From: Elusimicrobiota bacterium
Lineage (GTDB): Bacteria; Elusimicrobiota; Elusimicrobia; UBA1565
Assembly (NCBI GenBank): GCA_043827405.1
Contig: JBDRPD010000083.1
Span: forward strand, 192,001 to 256,000
Direction of reading: 5' to 3'
DNA: 64,000 bases
This document shows, piece by piece, positions 1 to 9,352 of this stretch; within the stretch, counting starts at the first letter, position 1; the number at the start of each line of letters is the position of its first letter. The position numbers and the translations under genes are program-made. The notes beneath the pieces are model-generated. The model was not told the origin of the DNA. It saw only the letters and a list, made by a program, of their open reading frames with translations, and did not search any database.

Positions 1-24
1 GCGCTAGAGCCCGAACCGCGTGAG

Positions 25-63
25 GATCCCGGTCTGCTTCGCGCAGGCCGGGATCGTTTTTTT
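25..63 (+). terminator. Rho-independent terminator of an upstream transcript
   Basis: GATCCCGGTCTGC-ttcgc-GCAGGCCGGGATC stem followed by a T7 tract. Confidence 0.75.
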
Positions 64-88
64 GGTTTAATCTAAAGCAGGGAGCGAA

Positions 89-874
89 ATGGAGAAAATT
101 TGCCCACGCTGCGCGAAGGCTGTTGACGCGGGAGATTCCATCTGCGACGCCTGCGGGATGGAGCTGCTGATCCAGCATGATCCCCGGTGCCCGGGCTGCG
201 GCCAAATCGTGCGGCCGGGCCGCGACATGTGCAGCAACTGCGGCCTGGAACTCGAGATAACGCCGGACGTCCCGGCGGCCGGAGGGACCACCTACAAGAT
301 CTCGCTGAGCACGCTGCTGGTGCCGTTGGTCGCGGTCTTGGTCGTCGGCGGCATCCTGCGCGGCCGCAAGGAGCAGGCCCCGAAGGCGCCGTACCAGCCG
401 CCGGTGGCGGCCGTGACGGCCGGCGCGGGTGAGGGCCCGTACGAGGACGATCCCGCGGCGGGCAGTTCGTCCCATGTCAAGTCCGCGGCCGTCAAGATCC
501 CCGACGCCTTCCTGCTTAAGGGCTCGGTGTTCGATATCCAGACTCTTAAGCCGGTCATGCAGCCCACTCTGGTCTTCCACAATCCGAACAGCAATGAGTA
601 TTTCGGCGCCTATGCGGACGCCCAGGGCCGCTCCCAGGCCTGGCTCAAGGCCGTGACCGGCGGCTATATCGTCACGCTGCAGCATGCGAACTATCAGGAA
701 ACGTATACCGCGGACTGGGCGCCGTCGATCCGCACCCTCAGCGAGGTGCAGCGCCGTTTCGTGATCGGCGACCTGCTCGCCAATCCGCCGAAGCCGCTGC
801 ATCTATACGGCTTGCCGGACGCGAAGATTGAGAAGGACTTCGGGATGATCCCCATTCCGAAAAAGATCCCTTAA
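89..874 (+). CDS. Double zinc-ribbon membrane-anchored protein
   Basis: Four CxxC pairs at the N-terminus, one TM helix, C-terminal soluble domain; GGAG RBS. Confidence 0.75.
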   Translation: MEKICPRCAKAVDAGDSICDACGMELLIQHDPRCPGCGQIVRPGRDMCSNCGLELEITPDVPAAGGTTYKISLSTLLVPLVAVLVVGGILRGRKEQAPKAPYQPPVAAVTAGAGEGPYEDDPAAGSSSHVKSAAVKIPDAFLLKGSVFDIQTLKPVMQPTLVFHNPNSNEYFGAYADAQGRSQAWLKAVTGGYIVTLQHANYQETYTADWAPSIRTLSEVQRRFVIGDLLANPPKPLHLYGLPDAKIEKDFGMIPIPKKIP

Positions 875-889
875 CCGCCGGCCGGCGGG

Positions 890-1699
890 CTAACCGAAGG
901 CCAATAGGCTGACCGCCATGACGGCCATCCCCGCGATCAGGCCGTAGACGGCCAGGTGATGCTCGCCGTACTTGTGCGCCGCCGGCAGGAGCTCGTCGAA
1001 GGAGATGAATACCATGATGCCGCCGACCATACCGAAAAGCAGGCCGAAGGTCGCATCGTTGAGCACGGACATCAGGAAGAGGTAGCCGATCAGCGCTCCC
1101 GCCGGCTCGGCCAGGCCGGAGAGAAACGAGTAGAAGAAAGCTTTGCCGCGGCTTCCCGTGGCATAGAAGATCGGGACCGAGACACTGATCCCCTCCGGAA
1201 TATTATGGATGGCGATGGCGGCGACGATGGGGAGGCTGGCCATCGGGTTGTCGAGCGCCGCCACGAAGGTGGCCAGCCCCTCGGGAAAGTTATGGATGGC
1301 GATGGCGAGGCCCGAGAAGACGCCCATGCGCAGCAGGGCGGTCTCCTGATCCTTTTTGCGGGGCCTTTCCATCTCCTCGATCCCGCGCGACTCGTGCGGG
1401 TTCTCGAAGGACGGGACCAGCTTGTCTATTAAGGCGGTGAGCAGGATGCCGCCGAAGAATGCGCCCGCCGTCGCCCAGCCGCCGGCCGTATCACCCCAGG
1501 CCGCGCTCAGGTACTGCCGCGACTTGCTCATGATCTCGGTCATGGAGATGTAGACCATCACGCCCGCCGAGAAGCCGAGCGAGACCGCCAATAGGCGGGT
1601 GTTCGTCTTTTTGGCGAAGAAGGCTATGGCGCCGCCGATGCCGGTGCATAATCCGGCGAAGGTGGTCAGCCCGAAGGCCCAGAGAAGATTTTCGTGCAT
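890..1699 (-). CDS. zupT: ZIP-family zinc transporter ZupT
   Basis: HNFPEG and HNIPEG motifs, about 8 TM; start placed at MHENLLW. Confidence 0.92.
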   Translation of the reverse strand: MHENLLWAFGLTTFAGLCTGIGGAIAFFAKKTNTRLLAVSLGFSAGVMVYISMTEIMSKSRQYLSAAWGDTAGGWATAGAFFGGILLTALIDKLVPSFENPHESRGIEEMERPRKKDQETALLRMGVFSGLAIAIHNFPEGLATFVAALDNPMASLPIVAAIAIHNIPEGISVSVPIFYATGSRGKAFFYSFLSGLAEPAGALIGYLFLMSVLNDATFGLLFGMVGGIMVFISFDELLPAAHKYGEHHLAVYGLIAGMAVMAVSLLAFG

Positions 1700-1703
1700 G
1701 GTC

Positions 1704-2642
1704 TCAGTTAAAGAATACCGCAAATAGCGTCATCGCCGCCGGGATCGTTACCAGCGAGGCGGCGAAGCTCGCGATCAGGAACTGGTTGGCCGCGTTGCGG
1801 TTGCCGCCCATGCGCGATATCGCCACGGGTACGGCGGAGAGCGGCGGGACGGCGCTTTCCAGCATGATCAAGAGCGCCACCGGCTGCGGCGGACGGATCA
1901 GCAGCAGCAGTCCGAGCGCCGTTAGGGGGAATACGATGTTCTTGAGGAGGACAAACTTGACGCATTCGACTGTGTAGAGTTCGCCGCCGCGGCGGAAGTC
2001 CGCGTATGCGCTGCCGCCCAGGATCAGCATCAATAGCGGGATCGCGGTCGCTCCCAGCATGCTGAGGATCTGCAGGCCGAAAGCGGGGAGCAGCCAGTGC
2101 AGGCCCGAGAGCTTCAGAACGACGGCCAGCACCGTGGCGATGAGGACGATGTTGAAGATCCGGCTCAGGTCCAGTTTGCTTTTGCCCGCGCCGTAAAAGA
2201 GATGGTAGGAGCCGAAGAAGAGGCTGGGAAACAGCAAGGTGAAGAGAAACAGGTCGACCAGGCGCGGCGACTCCGCGCCGAAGAGGCCGGTGAGCACGGC
2301 GAGCGGAATAAAGATGGCGTTGGGATAGAGCAGGCTCATGGTGAACTCGCGCCGCAGATGAGGGGGCGCCAGGCGTGAGCCGAGGGCGGTCAGGACGCCG
2401 ACCATGGCCATAAAGCCGCACCACCAGAGCGGCAGGGACCACCAGCCGGGATGCGCGGCGGGATTGAAGCCCTTGAGTATGCTGACGAAGATCAGGCTGG
2501 GCAGGGCGATGTCGAGCGCGAACGGCGACAAAATGTCGAGCGCGGTTTCGGGCATGACCCGCCGGCTGATGATCCAGAAGCCGAGCAGGCCCAAGCCGAA
2601 CAGCACCGCGATCGATTCGAGGGTGGCGTACAGAATCTCCAT
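1704..2642 (-). CDS. AEC (auxin efflux carrier/malate permease) family transporter
   Basis: About 10 TM, DIALPSLIF and YPNAIFIPL segments, KNIVFP motif. Confidence 0.85.
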   Translation of the reverse strand: MEILYATLESIAVLFGLGLLGFWIISRRVMPETALDILSPFALDIALPSLIFVSILKGFNPAAHPGWWSLPLWWCGFMAMVGVLTALGSRLAPPHLRREFTMSLLYPNAIFIPLAVLTGLFGAESPRLVDLFLFTLLFPSLFFGSYHLFYGAGKSKLDLSRIFNIVLIATVLAVVLKLSGLHWLLPAFGLQILSMLGATAIPLLMLILGGSAYADFRRGGELYTVECVKFVLLKNIVFPLTALGLLLLIRPPQPVALLIMLESAVPPLSAVPVAISRMGGNRNAANQFLIASFAASLVTIPAAMTLFAVFFN

Positions 2643-2739
2643 GGCGAGGGGGGATTCTACAATACTCCGCGGGCGCGGTTTTCGAATATCCTATACCAGG
2701 CTTGGGAAAATCGCTATGATTTGACGCGGAAACAGCTTT

Positions 2740-3543
2740 ATGGTACCGGTAATCACTTTGCTTATGGTGCTGGCCCTGATGGTCCTCGTAACGAGGATCG
2801 CGGCCATCGCCTTGACCTATACCGGGATGTCGCACGAGACCGCCAGGTTCCAGGCCCTGTCGGCCTTCACCGGCGCCGGCTTCACCACTAAGGAATCGGA
2901 GCAGGTCGTCAATCATCCGGTGCGCCGCCGCATCATGCTGACCTTGCTGGTGCTGGGCAATGCCGGTATCGTCACCGCGGTGTCGTCGCTGATCCTGACC
3001 TTTATCCGCTCCGACGGCACGGGCTCCATCGCCGTCAAGATATCCTTCCTGTTCGGCGGCCTCATCGTGCTGTGGTTCGTCGCCGCCAGCCGCTGGGCCG
3101 ACCGCGTGCTCTCGAGGATCGTAGGCGGCCTCCTCAAGCGCTATACGCGGCTGGATGTGCAGGATTATTCGGCGCTGCTGCATTTGGCGGGAGAGTATCA
3201 GGTTTCCGAGCTGGTTATTGAGCCCGATGACTGGCTGGAAGGCAAGAGCGTCGTCGACTCGGACCTGCGCAAGGAGGGCCTGCTGGTCCTCGGCATCCGC
3301 CGCGGCGACGGGGTCTTTCGCGGCATCCCTGATACTGATACCCGGTTTGAGGCCGGCGACACCCTCATCATCTACGGCCGCGCGACCTCGGTGGCGCTCA
3401 TCGACGACCGCAAGAGCGGCAAGCTCGGCGATATCGAGCACTTCGACGCGGTGCTCGAAGAGAAGCGCATCGAGGAAGAAGAGAAGCAGCGCGACCCCTC
3501 CGAGACGGGTTCCCAGGACGCCCCTCCGCCCTCCGGGGCTTGA
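2740..3543 (+). CDS. TrkA-C (RCK-C) domain membrane protein
   Basis: ARFQALSAFTGAGFTTKESE pore-like segment plus C-terminal VLGIRR...GDTLIIYG RCK-C domain. Confidence 0.85.
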   Translation: MVPVITLLMVLALMVLVTRIAAIALTYTGMSHETARFQALSAFTGAGFTTKESEQVVNHPVRRRIMLTLLVLGNAGIVTAVSSLILTFIRSDGTGSIAVKISFLFGGLIVLWFVAASRWADRVLSRIVGGLLKRYTRLDVQDYSALLHLAGEYQVSELVIEPDDWLEGKSVVDSDLRKEGLLVLGIRRGDGVFRGIPDTDTRFEAGDTLIIYGRATSVALIDDRKSGKLGDIEHFDAVLEEKRIEEEEKQRDPSETGSQDAPPPSGA

Positions 3544-3601
3544 CTCAGGTCAAGGCGGCTGCGCCCGTTTCCGGCTAACCTAATCCATGAGAGGCGATAT
3601 T

Positions 3602-3940
3602 ATGAATTCAAGCGATGTCCCGGTGAAAAAGTTCGATATGCCGTGCGCGCTCGCGGAGCTGACGGCGTATCAAGAGGGCGCGGTGACCAGCCGGCAGATC
3701 GTCAAGAAAGATGCCGGCGGCGTCACCGTCTTCGCGTTCGCTAAGGGGGAGGGGCTCAGCGAACATACCGCGCCCTTCGACGCCATGGTTTACGTGGTGG
3801 ACGGGGCGGCGGAAATCAGCATCTCCGGCCGGCCGCACCTGCTCAAGACCGGCGACATGATCGTCATGCCCGCCAATGAGCCGCATGCCGTACAGGCGGT
3901 CGAGAAGTTCAAGATGCTGCTGGTCATGATCAAGAAGTGA
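3602..3940 (+). CDS. Cupin domain protein
   Basis: LSEHTAPFDA and MPANEPHAV cupin motifs. Confidence 0.88.
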   Translation: MNSSDVPVKKFDMPCALAELTAYQEGAVTSRQIVKKDAGGVTVFAFAKGEGLSEHTAPFDAMVYVVDGAAEISISGRPHLLKTGDMIVMPANEPHAVQAVEKFKMLLVMIKK

Positions 3941-3949
3941 GGAGGTTTT

Positions 3950-4489
3950 ATGGGCGCCACGAAAGAGCTGACGAGCGAGCATAAGAATATTCTGCAGGTG
4001 ATCGATGCGCTCGAACGGGAGTGCGCCGCGCTGGATAGCGGCAAGGCGGTGGATTCGGTGTTTTTCGCCAAGGCAGTCGATTTCATCCGCAGCTATGCCG
4101 ACAAGTTCCATCACGCCAAGGAGGAGGATATCCTCTTCGCCGAGCTCAGTGGGCCGGGCGTCGCGATGCATTGCGATCCCCGCGAGCAGATGCTCTATGA
4201 GCATGATGCTGGCCGCAAGTTTGTGCGGGGCTTGGAGGAGGCCGTCGCGGCCGGTGACAAAGGCCGGGTTGTCGAGAACGCCGGCGGCTATGCCCAGCTT
4301 CTGCGGCAGCATATCTACAAAGAGGACCGGATCCTCTATCCCATGGCCGAACAGGCCTTGGGCGAGGAGCGGGGCGCTAAGATGGCCGAGCGCTTTCGCG
4401 CCGTGGATGAGAAGTTCGCCGCCGCCAACGAAAAGCAGCTCGCTTTCGTGCGTGAGGCTTCCGAGAGGTATACACAAAAGGCCGCTTGA
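3950..4489 (+). CDS. Hemerythrin (HHE) domain protein
   Basis: EH, HHAKEE, EH and HIYKED iron ligands; GGAGG RBS. Confidence 0.88.
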   Translation: MGATKELTSEHKNILQVIDALERECAALDSGKAVDSVFFAKAVDFIRSYADKFHHAKEEDILFAELSGPGVAMHCDPREQMLYEHDAGRKFVRGLEEAVAAGDKGRVVENAGGYAQLLRQHIYKEDRILYPMAEQALGEERGAKMAERFRAVDEKFAAANEKQLAFVREASERYTQKAA

Positions 4490-4515
4490 CCCCATATACC
4501 CCATGGGGGTATACT
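4486..4515 (+). promoter_or_regulatory. Sigma70 promoter of csoR-copA with CsoR operator
   Basis: TTGACC (4486-4491), 18-bp spacer, TATACT (4510-4515); perfect inverted repeat TATACCCC-ATG-GGGGTATA (4495-4513) of the CsoR C/G-tract type. Confidence 0.88.
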
Positions 4516-4530
4516 ATGGGCGGAGGCTTT

Positions 4531-4803
4531 ATGGAACAAAAGCATTCCGGCCAGGTGCGGCGGCTCAACCGCATCGAGGGGCAGGTCCGGGGCATCCGGA
4601 AAATGATCGAGGACGGCCGCTACTGCGTCGACATCGCGACGCAGATCAAGGCGGTGCGCGCGGCGCTCAAGCAGGTGGAGCTCAGCGTCTTCGACTCGCA
4701 TATGCGCACCTGCGTGAAGTCCGCGTTCGAATCCAAAAACAAGAAGCGCATCGAAGCCAAGCTCGGCGAGATCCAAAAGCTGCTGCGGGCCCGGGATGGC
4801 TGA
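4531..4803 (+). CDS. csoR: Copper-sensing repressor, CsoR/RcnR family
   Basis: [14 protein letters not shown] and HMRTC (Cys-His-Cys Cu(I) ligands); GGAGG RBS. Confidence 0.9.
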   Translation: MEQKHSGQVRRLNRIEGQVRGIRKMIEDGRYCVDIATQIKAVRAALKQVELSVFDSHMRTCVKSAFESKNKKRIEAKLGEIQKLLRARDG

Positions 4804-7243
4804 GACCGGGCTGGAGCTGCGCATCGAGGGCATGACCTGCGCCTCCTGCGTTCGCCACGTCGAGCGGGCGCTGGCCGGGGTCGCCGGCGTGCGCACGGCC
4901 GAGGTCAACCTCGCGAGCGAGACCGCGCGCGTTACCGCCGACGGAGCGATGCCGCCGCTGGCGCTCTTCCGGGAAGCGGCGCGACGCGCGGGCTACCGTG
5001 CCGAGCTCAGCACCGGGCGGGGGGAGAATATCGCCCGCCGGGACGGCGAACGGGAGGCTCTGCGGCGCCGGCTGCTGACCGCCGCGGCCTTTACTATCCC
5101 CCTGTTTTTTCTCGCCATGACGGAGATGGCTGGTCTTCCTTTGCCGGGGGCTCTGCAGCCGGCGGCACACCCCCTGCGCTTCTCGCTGCTGCAGCTCATG
5201 CTCGTGCTGCCGGCGCTGTTTGCCGGACGGGCTTTCTACACCACGGGCTTGTCGCGTCTTTTTCGGCTCGATCCCAGCATGGATTCGCTCATCGCGGTCG
5301 GCACGGCCGCCGCCTTCATCTACAGCGCCTGGAATACCGGCTTGATCGCCGTCGGCCGTTACGAAATGGCCAGGCATCTGTACTATGAGACCGCCGGCAT
5401 GATCATCACCTTGATCCTGCTGGGCAAATACCTGGAGTCTCTCAGCAAGGGACGGGCCTCCGCCGCGGTAGCAAAGCTTATGGATATGAGCCCGCAGGCC
5501 GCGCGCATGATGCGGGACGGCGAGGAACGCGAGATTCCGCTGTCCGAGGTCGGCGTCGGCGACGAACTATTGGTGCGGCCGGGTGAACGGGTGCCCGTCG
5601 ACGGGGTGGTTCTGGAAGGCCGCACCAGCATCGACGAGTCCATGCTGACGGGTGAGCCGCTGCCGGCCGACAAGGAGCCGGGCGCCGCCGTCACCGGCGC
5701 TACCATCAACCAGCAGGGATTTTTCCGCATGCGGGCCGAGCGCGTGGGCGGCGCCACCGTGCTGGCGCAGATCGTGCGCATGGTGGAGGCCGCCCAAGGG
5801 AGCAAGGCGCCGATCGCGCGCATCGCGGATACGATATCCGGCTATTTCGTGCCGGCCGTCGTCGGCTTCGCGTTGGCCGCGGCCTTGGGCTGGTACGCCG
5901 TCGGCATGGCGGCTCCCTTCGTGCTCAAGATTTTTATCGCGGTGCTGATTATCGCCTGCCCTTGCGCGCTCGGTCTGGCCACTCCTACGGCGGTGATGGT
6001 CGGCACGGGGCGCGGGGCCTCGCTCGGGGTTTTGCTCAAGGGCGGAGAGGCTCTCGAGGCTGCCGGCCGCCTGGATACCATGGTATTCGACAAGACCGGG
6101 ACGATTACCTGCGGTCGGCCGTTGGTTACGGACGTCGTGGCGCTGGGCGCGCGTGATGAAGCGGAGCTGCTGGCGCTCGCTGCCGGCGCCGAGCGCGGTT
6201 CCGAGCATGTCTTGGGACAGGCGGTGCTTGCGGAGGCGCGGCGCCGGGGCGTCGAACCGGCCGCCGTCACGGATTTCCAGGCCTTGACCGGCTACGGAAT
6301 CGCTGCCGGAGATGTCCTGGTCGGCAGTGCTCGGCTTATGCGTGAGCGCGGAATCTTTACCGAGCCGCCGCTGGAGCATGCGCGGCTCGCCGCGGAAGGA
6401 AAGACCCCTATTTGCGTGGCGGTCGGCGGGAAGCTCGCGGGGCTGATCGCGGCGGCCGACGAGGTCAAGCCCGACAGCCGTGAAGCGGTCGCCGCGCTGC
6501 GCGCGCTGGGCATGGAAATCGTTATGCTCACCGGCGACGGCCGCAGCACCGCCGAGGCGGTCGCTAAAGAGGTCGGCATCGACCGGGTGTACGCCGAGAT
6601 ACTTCCCGGCGGCAAAGCCGATAAGGTCCGCGAGCTGCAGCGTGAGGGGCGCCGAGTCGGCATGGTCGGCGACGGCATAAACGACGCGCCGGCGCTGGCG
6701 CAGGCCGATGTGGGTATCGCCATGGGGTCGGGGACCGATATCGCCATAGAGTCGGCCGATATCGTGCTGATGCGCGAAAGCCTATGGGGCGCGGTCGACG
6801 CCGTCGCGCTGAGCCGCGCCGCGCTGCGCACGATAAAACAGAACCTGTTCTGGGCCTTGGCCTACAATGCCGTCTGTATTCCCATCGCGGCGGGCCTGCT
6901 GACCTTGTTCGGCGGTCCGGCGCTTAACCCGATGATCGCGGCGGCGGCCATGGCGCTGAGCTCGGTCTCGGTGGTGACCAACGCTTTAAGGCTGCGCGGC
7001 TTCGTGTCGTTACGACCGGCGGTCGGGAAACGGGGAGTGGATATGAAGAAACTTACCATAGACGGCATGACGTGCAAAAACTGCGTACGCCACGCTGTCG
7101 AGGCGCTGCAAGGCGTCGCGGGCGTGACCAAGGCCGAGGTCGATCTTGAAAGCAAGACCGCGACGGTCGAAGGCGATGTTCCCGAGCAGTTGCTGCGCGA
7201 GGCGGTGGAGAAAGCGGGCTACAAGGTTACCGGCGTCGAATAG
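4796..7243 (+). CDS. copA: Cu(I)-translocating P1B-type ATPase with N- and C-terminal HMA domains
   Basis: GMTCASC, TGE, CPC, DKTGT, GDGIND, YN, MALSS; C-terminal GMTCKNC. Confidence 0.95.
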   Translation: MAETGLELRIEGMTCASCVRHVERALAGVAGVRTAEVNLASETARVTADGAMPPLALFREAARRAGYRAELSTGRGENIARRDGEREALRRRLLTAAAFTIPLFFLAMTEMAGLPLPGALQPAAHPLRFSLLQLMLVLPALFAGRAFYTTGLSRLFRLDPSMDSLIAVGTAAAFIYSAWNTGLIAVGRYEMARHLYYETAGMIITLILLGKYLESLSKGRASAAVAKLMDMSPQAARMMRDGEEREIPLSEVGVGDELLVRPGERVPVDGVVLEGRTSIDESMLTGEPLPADKEPGAAVTGATINQQGFFRMRAERVGGATVLAQIVRMVEAAQGSKAPIARIADTISGYFVPAVVGFALAAALGWYAVGMAAPFVLKIFIAVLIIACPCALGLATPTAVMVGTGRGASLGVLLKGGEALEAAGRLDTMVFDKTGTITCGRPLVTDVVALGARDEAELLALAAGAERGSEHVLGQAVLAEARRRGVEPAAVTDFQALTGYGIAAGDVLVGSARLMRERGIFTEPPLEHARLAAEGKTPICVAVGGKLAGLIAAADEVKPDSREAVAALRALGMEIVMLTGDGRSTAEAVAKEVGIDRVYAEILPGGKADKVRELQREGRRVGMVGDGINDAPALAQADVGIAMGSGTDIAIESADIVLMRESLWGAVDAVALSRAALRTIKQNLFWALAYNAVCIPIAAGLLTLFGGPALNPMIAAAAMALSSVSVVTNALRLRGFVSLRPAVGKRGVDMKKLTIDGMTCKNCVRHAVEALQGVAGVTKAEVDLESKTATVEGDVPEQLLREAVEKAGYKVTGVE

Positions 7244-7244
7244 C

Positions 7245-7823
7245 TCAGCCCAGCTGCGCCGCCGCGAATTTCCAGTTCACCAGCTTCCAGAACGCCTCAA
7301 GGTACTTGGGGCGGGCGTTGCGGTAGTCGATATAGTAGGCATGCTCCCATACGTCGCAGGTCAATAGCGGCGTTTTCCCAGCGGTCAGCGGATTGCCGGC
7401 GTTCTGGGTGCTGAGTATCTCCAGCGTCCCGTCGGCATTCTTCACCAGCCAGGCCCAGCCCGAGCCGAAAGTCGTGGCGGCTGTTTGGGTGAAGGCTTCC
7501 TGGAACTTGGCAAAGGATCCGAAGTCGTTCTCGATTGCCTCCGCCAGCGCGCCGGTCGGGGCGCCGCCGCCCTGGGGGCTGAGGCAGTTCCAGTAGAAGG
7601 TGTGGTTGTAGACCTGGGCGGCGTTGTTGAATAGGCCGCCTTTCGCTTTGCGGATGATGTCTTCGAGCGCGGCGTCGGCGAACTCGGTGCCCTCAATCAG
7701 CTTGTTGAGGTTGGCGACATAGGCGTTGTGGTGCTTGCCGTAGTGAAAATCCAGAGTCTCGGCCGAGATATACGGCGCCAAGGCGTCCTTCGCGTAGGGA
7801 AGATCGGGCAGGGTATGGGTCAT
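7245..7823 (-). CDS. sodB: Superoxide dismutase [Fe]
   Basis: [29 protein letters not shown] before MTHTLP. Confidence 0.93.
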   Translation of the reverse strand: MTHTLPDLPYAKDALAPYISAETLDFHYGKHHNAYVANLNKLIEGTEFADAALEDIIRKAKGGLFNNAAQVYNHTFYWNCLSPQGGGAPTGALAEAIENDFGSFAKFQEAFTQTAATTFGSGWAWLVKNADGTLEILSTQNAGNPLTAGKTPLLTCDVWEHAYYIDYRNARPKYLEAFWKLVNWKFAAAQLG

Positions 7824-7873
7824 GGTGCGCTCCTTTTTGGTTTCGGTTTTATGGTAGCAAAAGCCGCCGCTCC

Positions 7874-9352
7874 TCACTCCATGGCGGCGATGATTTCAGC
7901 CATGGCAATGACGGCGAATCCGGTCACGCGGTCCGATATGCCGTAGGGCAGGATCAATTGGTCGCCGTATAGCAGCGCGCCGCAGGTATAGAGGACATTG
8001 GGAACATAGCCTTTCCGTTCGGCTCCTTCGGGTGCCATCAGGGGCCGGCGCAGCCGGCCGATCACCTTGGAAGGATCGTCGCGGTCCAGCAAAAAAGCGC
8101 CGAGGCAGTACTTCCGCATGGGCCCCACCCCGTGACTCAGCACCAGCCAGCCCGCATCCGTCTCGATGGGAGACCCGCAGTTTCCCAGCTTCACGAACTC
8201 CCAGGGGTGAGCGGGCGAGATGATGCGCCGGGACTTGTTCCAAAAATGCACGTTGTCGGAGTACATCAGGGAAATGTTCTCGCCGTCCTGGCGGGAGAGC
8301 ATGGCGAATCGGCCGTTTATCCGGCGCGGGAAGAGGGCCATCCCCTTGTCCTGCACCCCGGGGCCGTTGAGCGTGGCGAACTTGAAGTGCCGGAAGTCCT
8401 TCGTCGCAAAGAGCTGCGGAAGCACGTTGCGGCCGTCGTAGGCGGTATAGGTGGCGTAATAGATCGTTTTTCCGTCGTCGTCTCGATGCGCGGTCAGACG
8501 CACGTCCTCGAGGCCGTTGCTTTGGATGGGCGTGACGGGAAAGATGATCCTTTCGGAGAGCTCCTGGCCCGCGGGAAACCGGATGTCGTAGTTGGACTGC
8601 GCCAAAAGCCACAGGCCCTTGGCGGTGTCGTTGTCCATTATTTTTTGGCCGGGGGCCGTTTCGCGCAGGATTTCGTTGAGGCGGCGCTTGAGCTCTTTGA
8701 GGGTGAAAAAGTCTCCCAGGCGGTCCAGCACTCGCTCCACCCATTCGCCGGCCAGGCCCATTTCCGCGACTTTCCGTCCGAAGAGCGCTTTGTGATAAGT
8801 CGAGTTTTCAATGACCTCGGGCGTGGTTAGATACCGCGATGCCGGGTCAACGGAAATGCTGGTGTGCGCGTCAATGACGCCGCTGCGGAAAGAGATGGAA
8901 GATATATGGCCCTCACCCGTCGACCGCAAGCTCAGCAGGAAGCGCAGGCTCCCCCGCGGCAGCTTCGATTGGTCGGGATGGGGAATGATGGACGGATTGA
9001 AGAGCGCCGCGGACTCGGCCGAGTATTCGAACATGAAGTAGGAGCCGATCAGCAGCTTGCGCGCCGGCGAAATGCCGCCGCCCGGGGGCAGATGACGCTC
9101 CAGGTGGTGAAACCTCGCCAGCAGGCGCTTGCTCAGCAGCCGGTGGCGGGAGGAAAACTCCTCGAGGACCTGATCCAGCAGGCGCTCGACGTCGTCCTCC
9201 GGCAGCGCCAGCGCGCGGCGAATTATTTTGTCGTACTCCATGTCGGAGGCGAGCCCCAGCGGCCGCAGGACCACCCGGCTTTGGTCCGGGGACAGCTGGA
9301 TATCCGTCCGGCGGACGTCGATGGGCTTGGGTTCGCGCGCGGGGCGTTTCAT
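7874..9352 (-). CDS. GH130-like glycosidase/phosphorylase (long form)
   Basis: [34 protein letters not shown]. Confidence 0.85.
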   Translation of the reverse strand: MKRPAREPKPIDVRRTDIQLSPDQSRVVLRPLGLASDMEYDKIIRRALALPEDDVERLLDQVLEEFSSRHRLLSKRLLARFHHLERHLPPGGGISPARKLLIGSYFMFEYSAESAALFNPSIIPHPDQSKLPRGSLRFLLSLRSTGEGHISSISFRSGVIDAHTSISVDPASRYLTTPEVIENSTYHKALFGRKVAEMGLAGEWVERVLDRLGDFFTLKELKRRLNEILRETAPGQKIMDNDTAKGLWLLAQSNYDIRFPAGQELSERIIFPVTPIQSNGLEDVRLTAHRDDDGKTIYYATYTAYDGRNVLPQLFATKDFRHFKFATLNGPGVQDKGMALFPRRINGRFAMLSRQDGENISLMYSDNVHFWNKSRRIISPAHPWEFVKLGNCGSPIETDAGWLVLSHGVGPMRKYCLGAFLLDRDDPSKVIGRLRRPLMAPEGAERKGYVPNVLYTCGALLYGDQLILPYGISDRVTGFAVIAMAEIIAAME

